A DNA stretch of 64,000 nucleotides from contig OX597824.1 in NCBI GenBank assembly GCA_951406725.2, positions 58,218,001 through 58,282,000 of the forward strand, in the 5' to 3' direction. Source of the DNA: Octopus vulgaris. Lineage: Eukaryota. Below, one piece after another: positions 38,836-52,040 of this stretch (positions within the stretch are counted from its first letter, which is position 1; each line of letters opens with the position of its first letter). The position numbers and the translations under genes are program-made. Under the pieces are notes generated by a model, which worked only from the letters and a program-made list of their open reading frames with translations, was not told the origin of the DNA and did not search any database.

Positions 38836-38927
<92 letters not shown>

Positions 38928-39000
38928 CATATATACATACATATATATGTATATGTATATATATGTATACATACATATATCTATAACTTAGAATAACTTA

Positions 39001-39620
39001 GAAAGGTTTTGGCCAGTATTGGCCCAGGCCATGTCTAACTTAATAGCACCACCTGGCGAAGTCTTTCAGTGCAGGTTTTGGGTACCAAGGCCCATTCGAG
39101 CAGAGAGTTATTGTTTACGAAGACATATCCGGGTGTGGGTGGTTTGTTCGGGACTGCTTGAAGGAATTTGTCCAGTGTGGTCAGTTTCTGTTTTGACGTG
39201 TCCTGGTGTAATGTTGAAGAGAGCGGGTCCAATTGAGGCGAAATAATTGCGCCGTATTGTTGTTATGAGATGCGATTTAGATTTTTTGTTGTGGACGGAT
39301 GGCACGGGGTCCAAGTCTTGAATTTATTTTGAAGGTGATGCCAACATAATTTGGACAGTGCTGATGGAATATTTTCCACATCATACAGATAATGTAGCGT
39401 TCACTGCGTCGTGGAGTGCATACAGTTTCAGCTTTTCTAGTCGACCCCATCTACGTTTTTCGTGATTGACCTTTGGGGAGCTTCAATTTTGTTTCGAGTA
39501 GGGAGACCACAGTGGACAGCAGTATTCAAGGTGAGGTCGGGCAAAAGTGGAGAAGAGAAGGATAACGGTGTGGGAATCTCTCGATTGGAAGGTTCTGAGA
39601 ATCCAGGAACACATTCTGCG
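39001..39620 (-). mobile_element. CR1/L2-like LINE 3' fragment (second subfamily)
   Basis: Minus-strand CSWILRTFQSRDSHTVILLFSTFARPHLEYCCPLWSPY and IRRNYFASIGPALFNITP, with a GGCC-rich terminal stem-loop. Confidence 0.85.
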
Positions 39621-40199
39621 ATATATACACATACGTGCATACAGATGTGCGTACATATATGCATATACATACATACATGCATACACACACACATACATAC
39701 ATACATACATACATACATACATACATACATACATACATACATACATACATACATACATACATACATACATACATACATGCAAACATATATTCATAAGATC
39801 ATAAGAAAAAGAATTATATCATGAAAACCTCGATGCCGTGCCTGCTCTTGTGCACAACAAGAATTTCTCAACAAGTAGAAATGAAAAATGCTCAGTCTTA
39901 TAGGAAATTTCACCACCAGTGGAGATGTACACACCATTTGTATGTACATGTATTTCCCTCTGATGGAAGAGGACATGGCCTTAAATATCCATTAATATTC
40001 GTCGAGACTTGGGTTGTAAAATCTCGAAGAAAAGCTCCAGCAGAGAAAATAACTCAGTCATGCTTAATAGCACCGAACTGTCAAATTAATAAATAAAATG
40101 AATAATTAAGAACGAATATCATTAGAAACATCTAATTAATTTCAGGAAGGGATATAAAAAGAAAGGTGAGACAGTATTCTCTCCAATAAATTATGATAA

Positions 40200-40520
40200 A
40201 TATAAAGAGTTATTTCTTAAAAGAATATTGTTGGAATATAAGAATAAATTAAAACACCATCATCCTGATATTGTGTTTTGGAACTGCCAAATATTGATAT
40301 GCTTGATTGTGGATGTATATGGTTGACTTACCATCAGTGTGAGAGAAGAAATGCAGGAGATAAATATCGATGGACTAAGAGTAAGGAATTTACAAATCTA
40401 GCACCTAAAAACGCTTTTAGCTTTGTTGCCGTAATGTATTACAGAACATTTCTATAGGCTTTTAGCTTACACTGTAAATTACGATGAATGTAAACAATTC
40501 GTCTATACAAATTCCTGTGG
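40200..40520 (+). mobile_element. Restriction-like endonuclease (RLE) domain relic of an R4/CRE/NeSL-type non-LTR retrotransposon
   Basis: KHHHPDIVFWNCQILICLIVDV...EKK..KY resembles the RLE PD-(D/E)xK region RPDIV...IDV..P.D..KExEKxxKY. Confidence 0.5.
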
Positions 40521-41139
40521 ATAGAGAAACAAAGAGGAAAAAGTTGTAAGTGTGCTTTGTTTCCAGTTAAAATCTCATCAGTAACTGTGTATTTTCACCA
40601 CCTGTCTACGAACACCTTGAAATTTAGTGAATGAAGAGAGAGGAAACATGATTTCAAAGCTTATCTTTAAAAAGGTGAAGAAGTTTCGAGTATACACTTT
40701 TATACATACGCATAATGAAATACATGCATACAGATACACACATACGCACGCACATAGAGAAAATGAAAGAGAAATAAGCAGATAAATAGACGGACAGACA
40801 GACAGACAGACAGATAGATACACGGAGAGATAGACAGACAGACAGACACACAGAAAGATAGATACAGAAGCATGTTGAAACATATTGACCAAAGCGTATG
40901 TGACTGATTAGAAACCAAAGCTAAAGGTCGTTCTTATTTACAAAACAATTATTAGAAATACAATAATTGGCAAAATGTTAATTAGCAATATAATAACAAT
41001 CTATTGCGTTAAGAAGACCATGATAAACAATGTAATAATTAGCAATATCATATGGATTCTAATAAATAGGATATCATAAGAAAACCCTTGTAGTAATTAC
41101 TATAACCGTTTTCTCTCTCCCTTCCTCTCTCTACTTCAC

Positions 41140-41174
<35 letters not shown>

Positions 41175-41364
41175 GTATATACACACACACATATATATAC
41201 AGAGATATATACACACATACATTCATACATACATATATATATACGTATGTATCACGAGACAATTTCCTCATCGAAGGTTTTTTCTGTATTTGAGAGTGCA
41301 CGGACGTGTCAAATGTAATTGTATACACCTACATAAATAATTAGATACATGAAAAAAGAGCAAG

Positions 41365-41595
41365 AGTCTTCCGAATCCGTGGGCTCATAAGGCTTGTTTC
41401 CTTGATTCTCAGCTGTATATATCTCGCCCTGGCTGGAATACCGGTCCATCGCAGGTATACTCATTTTTGCCTGCTGGGAGGACTGGAGCAACGTGAAATG
41501 AAGTATTTTGCTCAGGGACACAACGCAACAGCCAGTCCAGGATTTGAAACCAGAACCTTTACGATCACGAGTGCAACACACTAGCCACTAAGCCG
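41365..41595 (-). mobile_element. tRNA-derived SINE with CORE-like centre and V-domain-like tail
   Basis: Minus strand: GGCTTAGTGGCTAGTGTG..GGTTTCAAATCC (A/B boxes), GTTGTGTCCCTGAGCAAAATACTT, then CCTGCGATGGACCGG...CCTTATGAGCC. Confidence 0.85.
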
Positions 41596-41607
41596 TATAC
41601 GTGTATG

Positions 41608-41708
<101 letters not shown>

Positions 41709-42079
41709 ATGTATGCATGTATGTATGTATAAATATATACATATGTTTGGCAAACTTCTACTGTTATTTCAGTTTTCGAATAGATGCCATGTGTTACTTA
41801 TTTCGCTGCGGGTATTCTGAGTTTCAGACCTTAAAGTCGCCATCTATTATAGGCAAATACAGTGACAGTTTCCGAAATCCTTAAACGAATGACTCAAAAA
41901 TTTCGGTTGAAGCCATCAGTCCCAGAACACCGCAAACTAGGAGCAAAAAATAGTGAATGTCCTCTACATAGTGTATACTCGCGGAACAAGCATTATGCAT
42001 GTGAGTAAGTGTATGTGTCTGTGCCTCTCTCTGTTTCTCTCTCATTCTAGCGATCTATTTATCGTTGTATGTTATATTA

Positions 42080-42155
<76 letters not shown>

Positions 42156-42231
42156 CATACATACATATACTACACTTTGATCTTAGCCAGATATGTAGCT
42201 TCTGTGAACTTCATATTCATAGAACTCCACA

Positions 42232-42272
<41 letters not shown>

Positions 42273-42710
42273 ACACATACATACACATATATAGTTCGCG
42301 AATTAGATCCGCAGGAAAAAATAAAGCAATTAAATACTTAATTAGTTTATTTCTAAGCCATATAGCTAAATCTGTAGTAGCAGTCTACCTAACAATCTAT
42401 CTATTTCTAAAAATATAACATTTCTCTATTTCGGGAAAAATTTGCCGTTTGTGATTTTGTTTGCTAACAAAATATGAAAGCATAACTGCCCCGCCTAAAT
42501 AAACCGACCCATCAAACACAGGCATACACATACACTTGTCGATACAGGTGCATGAACATATATATATATATATATATATAATATATTTATATATCTCCCA
42601 CCCATGCTACTCACACTCTCTCCTATCTATATCTTACATCATCCCACTATTTCTTTGAAATTATTATGCGAAATTTTACCATCATAATGATACCGCCTTT
42701 ACATTTCCTC

Positions 42711-42745
42711 TCTCCGAAGAAGGATAAATATCCTAAACGTTTTAT
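42711..42745 (+). ncRNA. Decayed minimal hammerhead relic
   Basis: CCGAAGA-AGGATAAATATCCT-AAACGTT is two changes away from CUGAAGA-stem II-GAAACGU. Confidence 0.35.
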
Positions 42746-43021
42746 TCGAGAAGGTAAATCAATTTGATGTAATCAGTGTTCCTTGTCACGACTACAACAG
42801 ATAAAATTTTACTTGACGCAAACTATCTCCAATTCTCATGATTTTCAAAATTTAAGCTGTATATGTGGGCGCACACGCATGTACAAGTACATGTGAGCAT
42901 GTGTGTGTGTATAATCATATGTTTATATATATATATATATATATCCTACCTAACGTGTTGAATATTTATTTCGTTTCTTCATTCACTCGATTAGCTGTCT
43001 GCCTAACTGCCTGTCTATCGG

Positions 43022-44007
43022 CCGTGTTTCCCCGAAAATAAGACCTAGTGATAAATGCATCAGCTTGTTAGCAAGGCCATGTTTGCAAAATAAACCAGCT
43101 ACCGCAGCTTGGTTAAAGTCTGCTCTAAGCGCACATGCACGGATTTGACTTCCTTGGCTTGACTCACTCGTCCCCGAGGCAAGATGAGTGCAAAAAGAAA
43201 AGAGTTATTCCGTGGAGTACAAGAAAGGAATTGTGGAAGTGTCACGTAACAAGAATCTTACGGCTTTCTTTATGGAGAAGATGCTGGATCTTCGAATGGT
43301 TAAAAAATGGCGAGCAGAGTACGATAATCTCAGCAGATAGCTAGTTGAGGGAAGTGCTAAGAAGCGCAAGTGTGTATCAGTTCGACAACCGTTATTTTAG
43401 GAGCTGGAAGATACCAACTCAGGATGGATTACTGACAGAAGAACACGAGTTTTGGTTGTACGCAGGGCTGATATTCAAGAATTTGCTCTTGCAATAGCAC
43501 CACAGTTGACTATATCCTCAGAGATATTCAAAGCATCACCTCATTGGTTGAATAACTTCCTTCGGCGATATGAGTTCTCTCTAAGAAGATCGACAACACT
43601 GTTCAATTACCGACAGTTGCCAATGCACTACGAGCAGGGTACTTGGACAAAAAATGTTCATTTAAGGAAAGTTATATTGCCAAACATGCGAGATTGGGGT
43701 CCATGATTTTACAGGAAATGGATTTGCATGAAATTCAGTCTGAAGTTCGGGGTTTAATGATTTATGACGATGTTCCTGAAGAGGACAACATGCTTGTACT
43801 TGACTGTATTTGCTTATACGAATGAATAAACTTTTGATAGCTAAAAACATGGGCTTCCTTTTTATAACTTTTTTATTATACGAGGACATGAGACTTTTTT
43901 GTCTTTCTTGGATTTTTTCCGCAAAATAAGCCGAAAATAAGCCCTAGTGCGTTTTTTTTGGATGCAAAATTAATATAAGACCAGGTCTTATTTTCGGGGA
44001 AACATGG
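43022..44007 (+). mobile_element. pogo/Tc2-type (Tc1-mariner superfamily) DNA transposon, internally deleted
   Basis: TIRs CCGTGTTTCCCCGAAAATAAGACCT / AGGTCTTATTTTCGGGGAAACATGG. Transposase N-terminal remnants MSAKRK, YSVEYKKGIVE and CENP-B-type HTH VVRRADIQEFALAIA..FKASPHWLNNFLRRYEFSLRRST. No DDE domain is visible. Confidence 0.9.
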
Positions 44008-44025
44008 TATCTATCTATCTATCTA

Positions 44026-44116
<91 letters not shown>

Positions 44117-44814
44117 AATCTATCTATCTGGTTGTCTGTCTGTCCATCTGTCTATCTGTCTGTCTGTCTTCGGTCCGTCTATGTGTGTGTGCATGTATAT
44201 ATAAAAATTGACGCTCGTATCTTCACAGAAAATGTACAAACGAAAACTTATTAGTCTATCCATATACATACTTTCTCTAAACCTTAGCCGTATAGATATA
44301 TATATATGTGTGTGATTTAAATGTTACCTGTGTATCACGCATGGTTGGTTAAAAATTATTCTCGAGAACAAATAAGTCTGTGTCATGTTGCATGGTTCAT
44401 CACCAACACACACTTGTCTGTGTGTATTGTGTAATGTTGTTGGATTTTTTTTGGTTAAGGTGTAACGGTGTATCAATTTTAGGTGAATGATCTGTAGGTG
44501 AGTGGACTTCGTTTGTCATGCCGAGACACATCAACGGAATGATAAAGAGAGCAATTGCTTAGAATACACGTGTTTGTTCGTTTGTTTGTTTGTGTATGTG
44601 CGTGTGTGTATATGATTAAACAGAGATCAAACAAACTTGTATTTGTCTTTGTCAGTGTAAGACTTATATTATGTCATGAAATCAATAAAAATGAGTGATA
44701 GCAGTTTTACACCATCTGAGTTGCAGTGAGTTCCAGTTTTTGTTGTTGGTGTTATTTTTTACTCAGAGGCTATAAAACTCTGTTGTCTCTCATTAATTTC
44801 TCTCATTTCAACCC

Positions 44815-44855
44815 TTTTCTGAAGAAGGTCTTTGTCTGAAACGTTGACTTTTCCA
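44815..44855 (+). ncRNA. Minimal hammerhead-like motif in a short repeat (related copy at ~46985-47030)
   Basis: CTGAAGA-AGGTCTTTGTCT-GAAACGTT. The 46990 copy reads CTGTGGAA-GAGCGTAGACTC-GAAACGTA-AAAG. Both are imperfect. Confidence 0.4.
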
Positions 44856-44896
44856 GTCCTTATGGCATGTTCACAGCACTCTTTTTATCGAATTTA

Positions 44897-44960
<64 letters not shown>

Positions 44961-45421
44961 GCACAACAATACTTTCGGAGGAGGACTTTCCTAAGGAGGA
45001 AAGATAAGAGTATCAATACATGTGTGCAAGTTTGGGCGTTCATTCCAGTGGTGCTTATGACCCTCCATGTTTGTTTTCGCTTGGTTTCCTTGTATGTGTC
45101 CACTGTCCTCGTTTTGTTCCCAACTTTGACCCTCCATAAATCTTAAATATTATTTTAGAATTTATGGGAGCAACTGTCTTCGAAGACTCATTGTCGTTGA
45201 ATACTCAAAATGAGGAGTAGATAGACAGCCGACAACTGATGAAAGGTCCTGTTTCTGTGTGTACTTGTCCTGTTTTCCATTTTTCTCGTTGTTTACGTAT
45301 TTAACTCGTTTGTTTTCGTACTTCATGTTGTTTACACAATTTGTGACGTCCTGTACCCATATATGTATATATGTGCATATATATGTATATATAAACATGT
45401 GCGTGCGTGTATGTATATATG

Positions 45422-45487
<66 letters not shown>

Positions 45488-45512
45488 TATGTATATGTAT
45501 ATATACATATAC

Positions 45513-45553
<41 letters not shown>

Positions 45554-45554
<1 letters not shown>

Positions 45555-45967
45555 CTAGCAGTATCGCCCGGCGTTGCTCGGGTTTGTTAGGGAAATAACT
45601 ATATAAGCATTTTTAGAGATGTAAAGTATAATATCCATCTCAATATGGATGTAAAGTATAATATCCATCTCAACAAAGGTGGGGTGTTACTGTAGCTTTT
45701 TACGTTCTGAGATTTAATAATAAATTTTTAGAGAGTTATTTCCCTAATATATGCCAAAAATGCATTAAAAATGGGAAAAATTGATGGTAAATTTTTTTAA
45801 AATCGTAGACTCATCGTAGACGCGCGCTAATACCCAGAAGGGCTCGATATGAATCACGACTATAAGATACCCGGTTTTGGTTAAACTGCACCGCAAAATG
45901 TGGGAGTAGTTAGGAATTTAAATCGTAGGAGACAGACAGCACACAACCTCATTTTTATATATAAAGA
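45554..45967 (-). mobile_element. Non-autonomous Helitron
   Basis: Minus strand starts TC (TCTTTATATATAAAAATGAGG) and ends with the hairpin CCCGAGCAACGCCGGG plus ..CTAGT. Inserted between A and T with no TSD. Confidence 0.85.
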
Positions 45968-46909
45968 TATGTATATATATGTGTGTGTTTGTGTGTGTGT
46001 GTGTGTAGAACACATCTAGTATTTGTTCGTGCTCTCTTTCCTCCTCCTTCTTTTGATGATGGTGATGATGATGATGAGGAGGAGGAGGAGAAGGAGGAGG
46101 ATTATCATCATCATCATGGCACTGCAATTTTCAGGGAAGGTGTGCTAAGACCCATAATGTATGTCACGACCCACTATCTTCTTTCTGTTTATTGACTCCA
46201 AGCCAAACAATTACGTCTTTGTTGACTGTGACTTTGACTGTGGGTCACTTGGAGGAAACTTTAAGTGTGCCATCTAATTGTGGCTATTTCTGGGTGTCGT
46301 TACTTTGTACTGACCTGTGTGTGAGTGTGTAGGTGTGGGTACGAGTGTGTTTACGTGATAATGTGTGCAAATGTAAATATTAGCACGGTGAGATGCATTG
46401 TATTGAGCTGGTAAGAAGAGAAAGACAGGGGGTAGAGATATGGTGAGAGAGAGAGAGAGATAACTGATCAAAACGAGAGAATTATCCTATCATATCTCAT
46501 TTGTGTGTCTCTGCCACCCCTTCCGAACATTTTTTTCCTGCCATTCCTCGTTTTCTGGCGGTCTTCCTTCTTTCTTAATTTATCTTCACATACGCACATA
46601 TACGCGCGTATGAACACGTGCATGTGTAAAATACTAACTAAAATAACTGTTTATTGCAAAATTTCGTCGATACCAGGCTTCTCAAAACTATTTCAAGAAG
46701 CCCGGTATTTGGGAAAGTTTGAAATAAACATTTATCATTGATAATAAATAGTAGTTTTTCACTCTGCTATTAGTTTTGAGTCCTTTTCAGTGTATATTTA
46801 GCTTCCTTAAGCACATAAACTAATAGAATAAGCATGCACACACACACATATACATGTCTATGTAAATAGTGAAACAAGCAGTCTTATATATATATATATA
46901 TATATATAT

Positions 46910-47110
46910 AGTCGCCATGTTAGATCAGTAGCCACTACACACATTTTTTTTTCTCCTTGTTTCTCTCCTTATTTCTTTCTGTGTTCCTTTCTGTGGAAGA
47001 GCGTAGACTCGAAACGTAAAAGACTTTTTCAATTCCGGATCGTTATACTAATACATCTGTTTGTTTTCTACATCACCTATCTTCGTCTTTTGTTTTTTTC
47101 GTAAATTCTC
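46910..47110 (+). repeat. Short interspersed repeat flanked by microsatellites, probably a Penelope-type pseudo-LTR fragment
   Basis: Pyrimidine-rich body with hammerhead-like GAGCGTAGACTCGAAACGTA. Similar style to 44770-44890 and 45150-45360. Confidence 0.4.
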
Positions 47111-47154
<44 letters not shown>

Positions 47155-47257
47155 CCAGAGTAAGAGAGAGAGACGGAGACAGACAGACTGACAGACAGAG
47201 GGAGGGATGTGCGTGTGCAGTTAGTAGTATTAATTTGGATGCTATCTCGTCTTAGTG

Positions 47258-47555
47258 GAGGCACATGGCCTAGTGGTTAGAGCAACGGAATCGCGGTCGA
47301 GGGATCGCGGGTTCGAATCTCAGACCATGCTATGTGTGTGTTTATGAGCGAAAACACCTAAGCTCCACGCGGCTCCGGCAGAAGGTAATGGCGAACTTCT
47401 GCTGAAACTTTCGCCACAACTTTCTCTCACTCTTGCATCTTGCAGCTCACCTGCGATGGACCGGCATTCCGTCCAGGTGGGGTACCTATACGCCAAGGAA
47501 ACCAGGAAATCGGCCCTTATGAGCCAGGCATGGCTCGAGAAGGAATAAAATAAAA
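47258..47555 (+). mobile_element. tRNA-derived SINE family C, full length, relatively young
   Basis: TGGCCTAGTGG (A box) and GGTTCGAATCT (B box), then CCTGCGATGGACCGGCATTCCGTCCAGG and an A-rich tail. CpG-rich. Confidence 0.9.
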
Positions 47556-48209
47556 AATCTCGTCTTTTGTCATCGGTGTATCTTTTTTATTCTACGAGCT
47601 AGAATAATTAGCTTTCACACGTTCACCCCCCCCCCGTTTTCACGTAGGTAACATGGTTTCGATAATTTCATAATGTCTTAGTGTTGGTGCTCTGGACATA
47701 GAGATAGAAATACAAAGACCGTCAATGTCTCATAAGTTTCAGACCAGACGTTCTCAATCGTTGTAGTCAACAGAGCAACTTGGCCTTAGATCCACGCTGT
47801 TGCTGTGGCTGTCGGTAAAATCTCCAATATTAAACACACCAGTACTCTACAAGGACTTTTCAGTTATGTGTATGTTATTCTGTTGGTGAATATCTTTTTC
47901 TATCCGTCATTTTCTGACGATCAGTTCATTTTTGAAACTTTAAACACTACACGTCACACAGAACACTCAAATTCCTCATTTATTTATTTACTTGTTTAGT
48001 TATCGTTTTTATTATATTGACTTTCACTGACGCAAACCAACACTAATCTCATTTAATTCTCGTAATTATGTTCACATATCTTATTTAACTAGGTGGGATT
48101 TCTCTACATCGACGAAACACATATACACACAAACACCTACATATGCTCAAACACACATAACCACACATATTTGTTTGTGTATGTGTGTGAAGCGAGAGAA
48201 AGATAGGGA

Positions 48210-48245
<36 letters not shown>

Positions 48246-48430
48246 TCGAAAAGGAAAGGAATATGTGTGGATTCATGCGTATCTGTGTGAGAAAGAGAGA
48301 GAGAGAGACATGTATGTGTGTGTACATATATATCTTTACAGACAAACGTGAAAATATACTAAGGCTTTCTTTATTTTCATAATATTTTGAAAACAATCAA
48401 TGATTTCGGGTATATCTTTTAATGCAGTCA

Positions 48431-48476
<46 letters not shown>

Positions 48477-48989
48477 ATCTGGTGTTATGCACAGGAAGTT
48501 AAATAGGACTGGTCATTGTAGTTTGGTAAAACATCACTGGTCCTTTCTACTGGAGCGTAATAAATCAATACAAATGAGAGGTGTTAACTGTCTAATCGAA
48601 GCCCAACTCACCATGCAGTGATCCGAAATCGAACTATCCCCCTTTTCCATTTTCCTTCACGAACGCCTCTTTAACTAGCCGAGAGAGCGTCTATGCTATT
48701 ACACAACCTACTAAAAACAGTAGCGAAGTTTCCCTTGAATTACATCCTACTCTCTTAAAATAAAAACGTGCTAGTGACTTATGTAATTCAAGAAACGCTA
48801 TTTGTAAAAATTACAAATTGCGATGACTAAACTTTCTTTCAGCATAAACCTACTAAATCATGATTCACTTATGACTAAATAAAAGGCAATATGATAGGAT
48901 TGGACTGTCTTTGAATGTAAGGTCTTCTCGATGAGGACTGACCAATGAGGACTATCTTAAACCACAAACGTTCCATTCTGTTGTTAACC

Positions 48990-49460
48990 ATGATACTTTG
49001 GACCAAAAGGAGCGGCAATCCCAGAATCACATATGGTGTGAGATCTTGAGGTTGATATGAGCAACGACGCCTTGTTTCACATGCATATCAACAAGATGGT
49101 GATAGTGTGCCGGATGGATTCTGAGAACCTTCAGAACAAGGGACCAGGAAACTATGCTGGTCCATGTACTGCAATAGCTTGAGATTCAAGCCCAACAGCT
49201 ATTTAACGCCTTGCCAAAACATCTGAGGGACCTCCATGGCGTGGGGGTTGAAGTTTTCAGGAAACAATTTTTGACTTCTAGTTATCCAAGATTCCAAATG
49301 AACCAATATCAAGGCAGGGAACTCAAAAGGGGGCAACAGTGTCGAACTCCCCCTTTACCACAAGCCAATCACATAGGATTGATAAATTCAAAGGTGATTA
49401 CAGTGGCTGTGCCACAGCATGGCCACAGCTTTAGAGCTGAAACATATAAAAGAATAATAA
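48990..49460 (+). mobile_element. CR1/L2-like LINE 3' fragment with internal deletion
   Basis: VRDLEVDMSNDALFHMHINKMV..WILRTFRTRDQETMLV. At 49163/49164 it jumps ~330 bp relative to the 29853-30451 copy; the 3' end is shared. Confidence 0.8.
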
Positions 49461-49539
49461 AGATATGTTAATTTTGACAGCATTCAATAAACATGGAACT
49501 TGTCCAAAATCAGTAGAGCTCAGTGAGGAAGGTTGGCAG

Positions 49540-49845
49540 TTAAAATAAATGTAGTTAAGTAAATGTTGTTTACTACTACAGATGATTGTTACTGCTGTAG
49601 ATTAATTGTAGATAAATGTAATTATTGCTGTAGATAAATGTAATTAAATAAATGTAGTTACTGATATAGATAAATGTAGACAAATGAATGTTGTTTACTA
49701 TTGTAGATAAGTGAAGTTAAATAAATTTAGTTACAACTGTAGATAATTGAAATTAAATAAATGTCATTACTTTTGGAGATAAATATAATTAAATCAATAA
49801 AGTTACAGCATAGATACTTAGATGAAATTAAGTTACTGCGAGGGA
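49540..49845. repeat. Degenerate AT-rich minisatellite (AAATGTAGTTACT.CTGTAGAT-like)
   Basis: Recurring TAAATGTA and GTAGAT motifs. Confidence 0.7.
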
Positions 49846-50139
49846 AAGAAAAGTTCTACATTGTGTACTCAAACCCAGAATCTGTAACAACTTCAACGAC
49901 TTTACCCTCTCTTGTAATACCCATTCTTGACTCTAAACCACAGCCAGGATTCACCTGTTCTGGATTCTACCGTCTCATTGTGTGCGTAAATAGTTAAGAT
50001 TCTACAAGTAGCTGTACTTTTCACGTAATCTTTGGTTTACCCAAAGAGAGAAAACGCTTTCTAATTTATTTTTTTAAGTGAAATTGAACCCCCAACGTCG
50101 TCAATATGAAGTGACCGTCTTAACCACACAGTCACTTAT

Positions 50140-50405
50140 CTATTATCATTATATACTTTAATACACAATATGAAACATAGCTATGTCTGTATTATCATTA
50201 GCTAATAGCAATGCACAGTATTAAATTCACCATCTATGTTTATATTCTGTAATACTTAGTATTAACCACTGCGCTACGTATGTTTAGCTATCTAATACTG
50301 TAATACATAATATTAAACACACAGTCATGTCTGTATTACTATCCTTTACTCTAATACACAGTATTAAACACATTGCTAAGTATGTTTAGCTATTATAAAC
50401 TGTAA
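50140..50405. repeat. Degenerate ~50-60 bp tandem repeat (AATACACAGTATTAAACAC..GCTATGT)
   Basis: About 5-6 copies, next to a tRNA-like SINE head remnant at ~50080-50135 (-). Confidence 0.65.
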
Positions 50406-50703
50406 TAATGGCGGCTTCACTAAACGAAGAAAACTGAAAAAGTTGAGGAAAGATAAAAGAAAAGTAAAAAGTAGAAAAAAAAGAAAAACAAAAACAGACA
50501 ATCCAGCAAACGAAGTAATCCAGCATTATAGACTCTCTCTTTGTGTCTCTCTCGATTTCTGTCTATTTATCTTTTATTCTCTCTTTCCTTCCTTCCTCCT
50601 CCCTCTCTCCCTTATACAGAAAACCGCTTTATATCACTGGCGACACTTGTCCAATCTTAATCTTAATTGCATGGCTATCAAATATCCTTGCCAGCCTCTG
50701 ACT

Positions 50704-50752
<49 letters not shown>

Positions 50753-50804
50753 GACCCACTGCTGACTTTGTACGTTTGTGTGCCTGTAGACGGTAGGGAT
50801 AATT

Positions 50805-51765
50805 TTTTTTTATTCCAGCTTGGTTTATTTCCTTCCCAACTTTTTCTTTTCTTTATCCTCCTTTCCTTCTTTTTCTATTTACACCATTATCCCCCCACCA
50901 ATCACTTGCCTTGTTCCCTGTTCCTCATTATTTTGTACTTTTTCACTTTTTCTTGTCCTTTTTTATTCCATTTCTTCTACTCCATCTTCCTCCCCTCCTC
51001 TTCTTCTTCCTCTCCATATCGTAAATCCTAGTTTTCTTCAATCTTCTTTCCTCTCCTCCTCTATTTTCAACACTCATTCACATTTTCTTCCCTTTAATTT
51101 CTTTCCCACCATTAGTTCATCTTTTTATTTCCTTTTACTCACCCTTCTCTCTCTCTCATTCTTACTCTCATTTCCTCCGTCAGTTTCTTTCCCACTTCCT
51201 CTCTCTCTCCTTTTTTATTCCTAGTTAATTCATTTTCCTCCCTTCTTATCCTTCATATTCGTTTCCTTTTTCATCCTTCTCATCAATTCTCTATCCTATT
51301 ATTTCTCTTTTTTATCACTTCAAAACTACTGTCTGTCGGTCTGTCAGTCTATATGTTCTTTCTTTATCTTTCTTTCTTTCCGTCTTTCTTTCTTTCTTTC
51401 TCCTTTCCTTCCTTCCTTCCTTCCTTCCTTATTTCATTCCTTCCTTTCCATCCTACAGTCTTCTTTTTTCTTGTGTTTACGCGGTCACTCTCCACTCTCT
51501 TCTTTCATTCAGCCCCTCCTTCATAAATTCCCTTTTTATTCATTCCTTCATTATGTGATTCTTTCAATCCTTCTGTATTTCTTCTAAACCCTTTCATTCC
51601 TTTACTTTCCCCATTTTCTTATTTATCATTCATTTTTTTATTTGCTGATCGCAGACCATCACCCTCACCACACTATCTCTTCCCACTACAACTATCTTTC
51701 CTTTATCTTCATCCTCCCCCTACACACACTCCCAACATCACCGTCTCTACCTCACCACTTCTATA
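50805..51765. repeat. ~1-kb pyrimidine-rich low-complexity tract
   Basis: Strong C/T bias, with TTCC and TTTC runs. Confidence 0.85.
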
Positions 51766-51857
51766 TTTATTTTGAAATCTCAAATAACCACACTGTACGA
51801 AGGACAGGTCCATCCATCTAAACATTCAGGGAAATTTCTCTTCATGGATAATTTTAG

Positions 51858-52007
51858 TGATAAGATGGGGTGGTGGTTATGATGGCGATGGTGTTGGTCG
51901 TGGTCGTCGTTGTGGTGATGGAGATGGTGATAATGGTGGCGGGTGTGATGACGGTGATTGTGGTGAAAGTGATCGTGATCACGATATTGGTGATGATGAT
52001 GATGATA

Positions 52008-52040
<33 letters not shown>

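Noticed and set aside
47266-47330. tRNA gene
   Set aside because: A and B boxes are present, but the sequence continues into a SINE body shared with other copies and no complete cloverleaf is evident. The same applies to ~23290-23347 and ~41530-41595.
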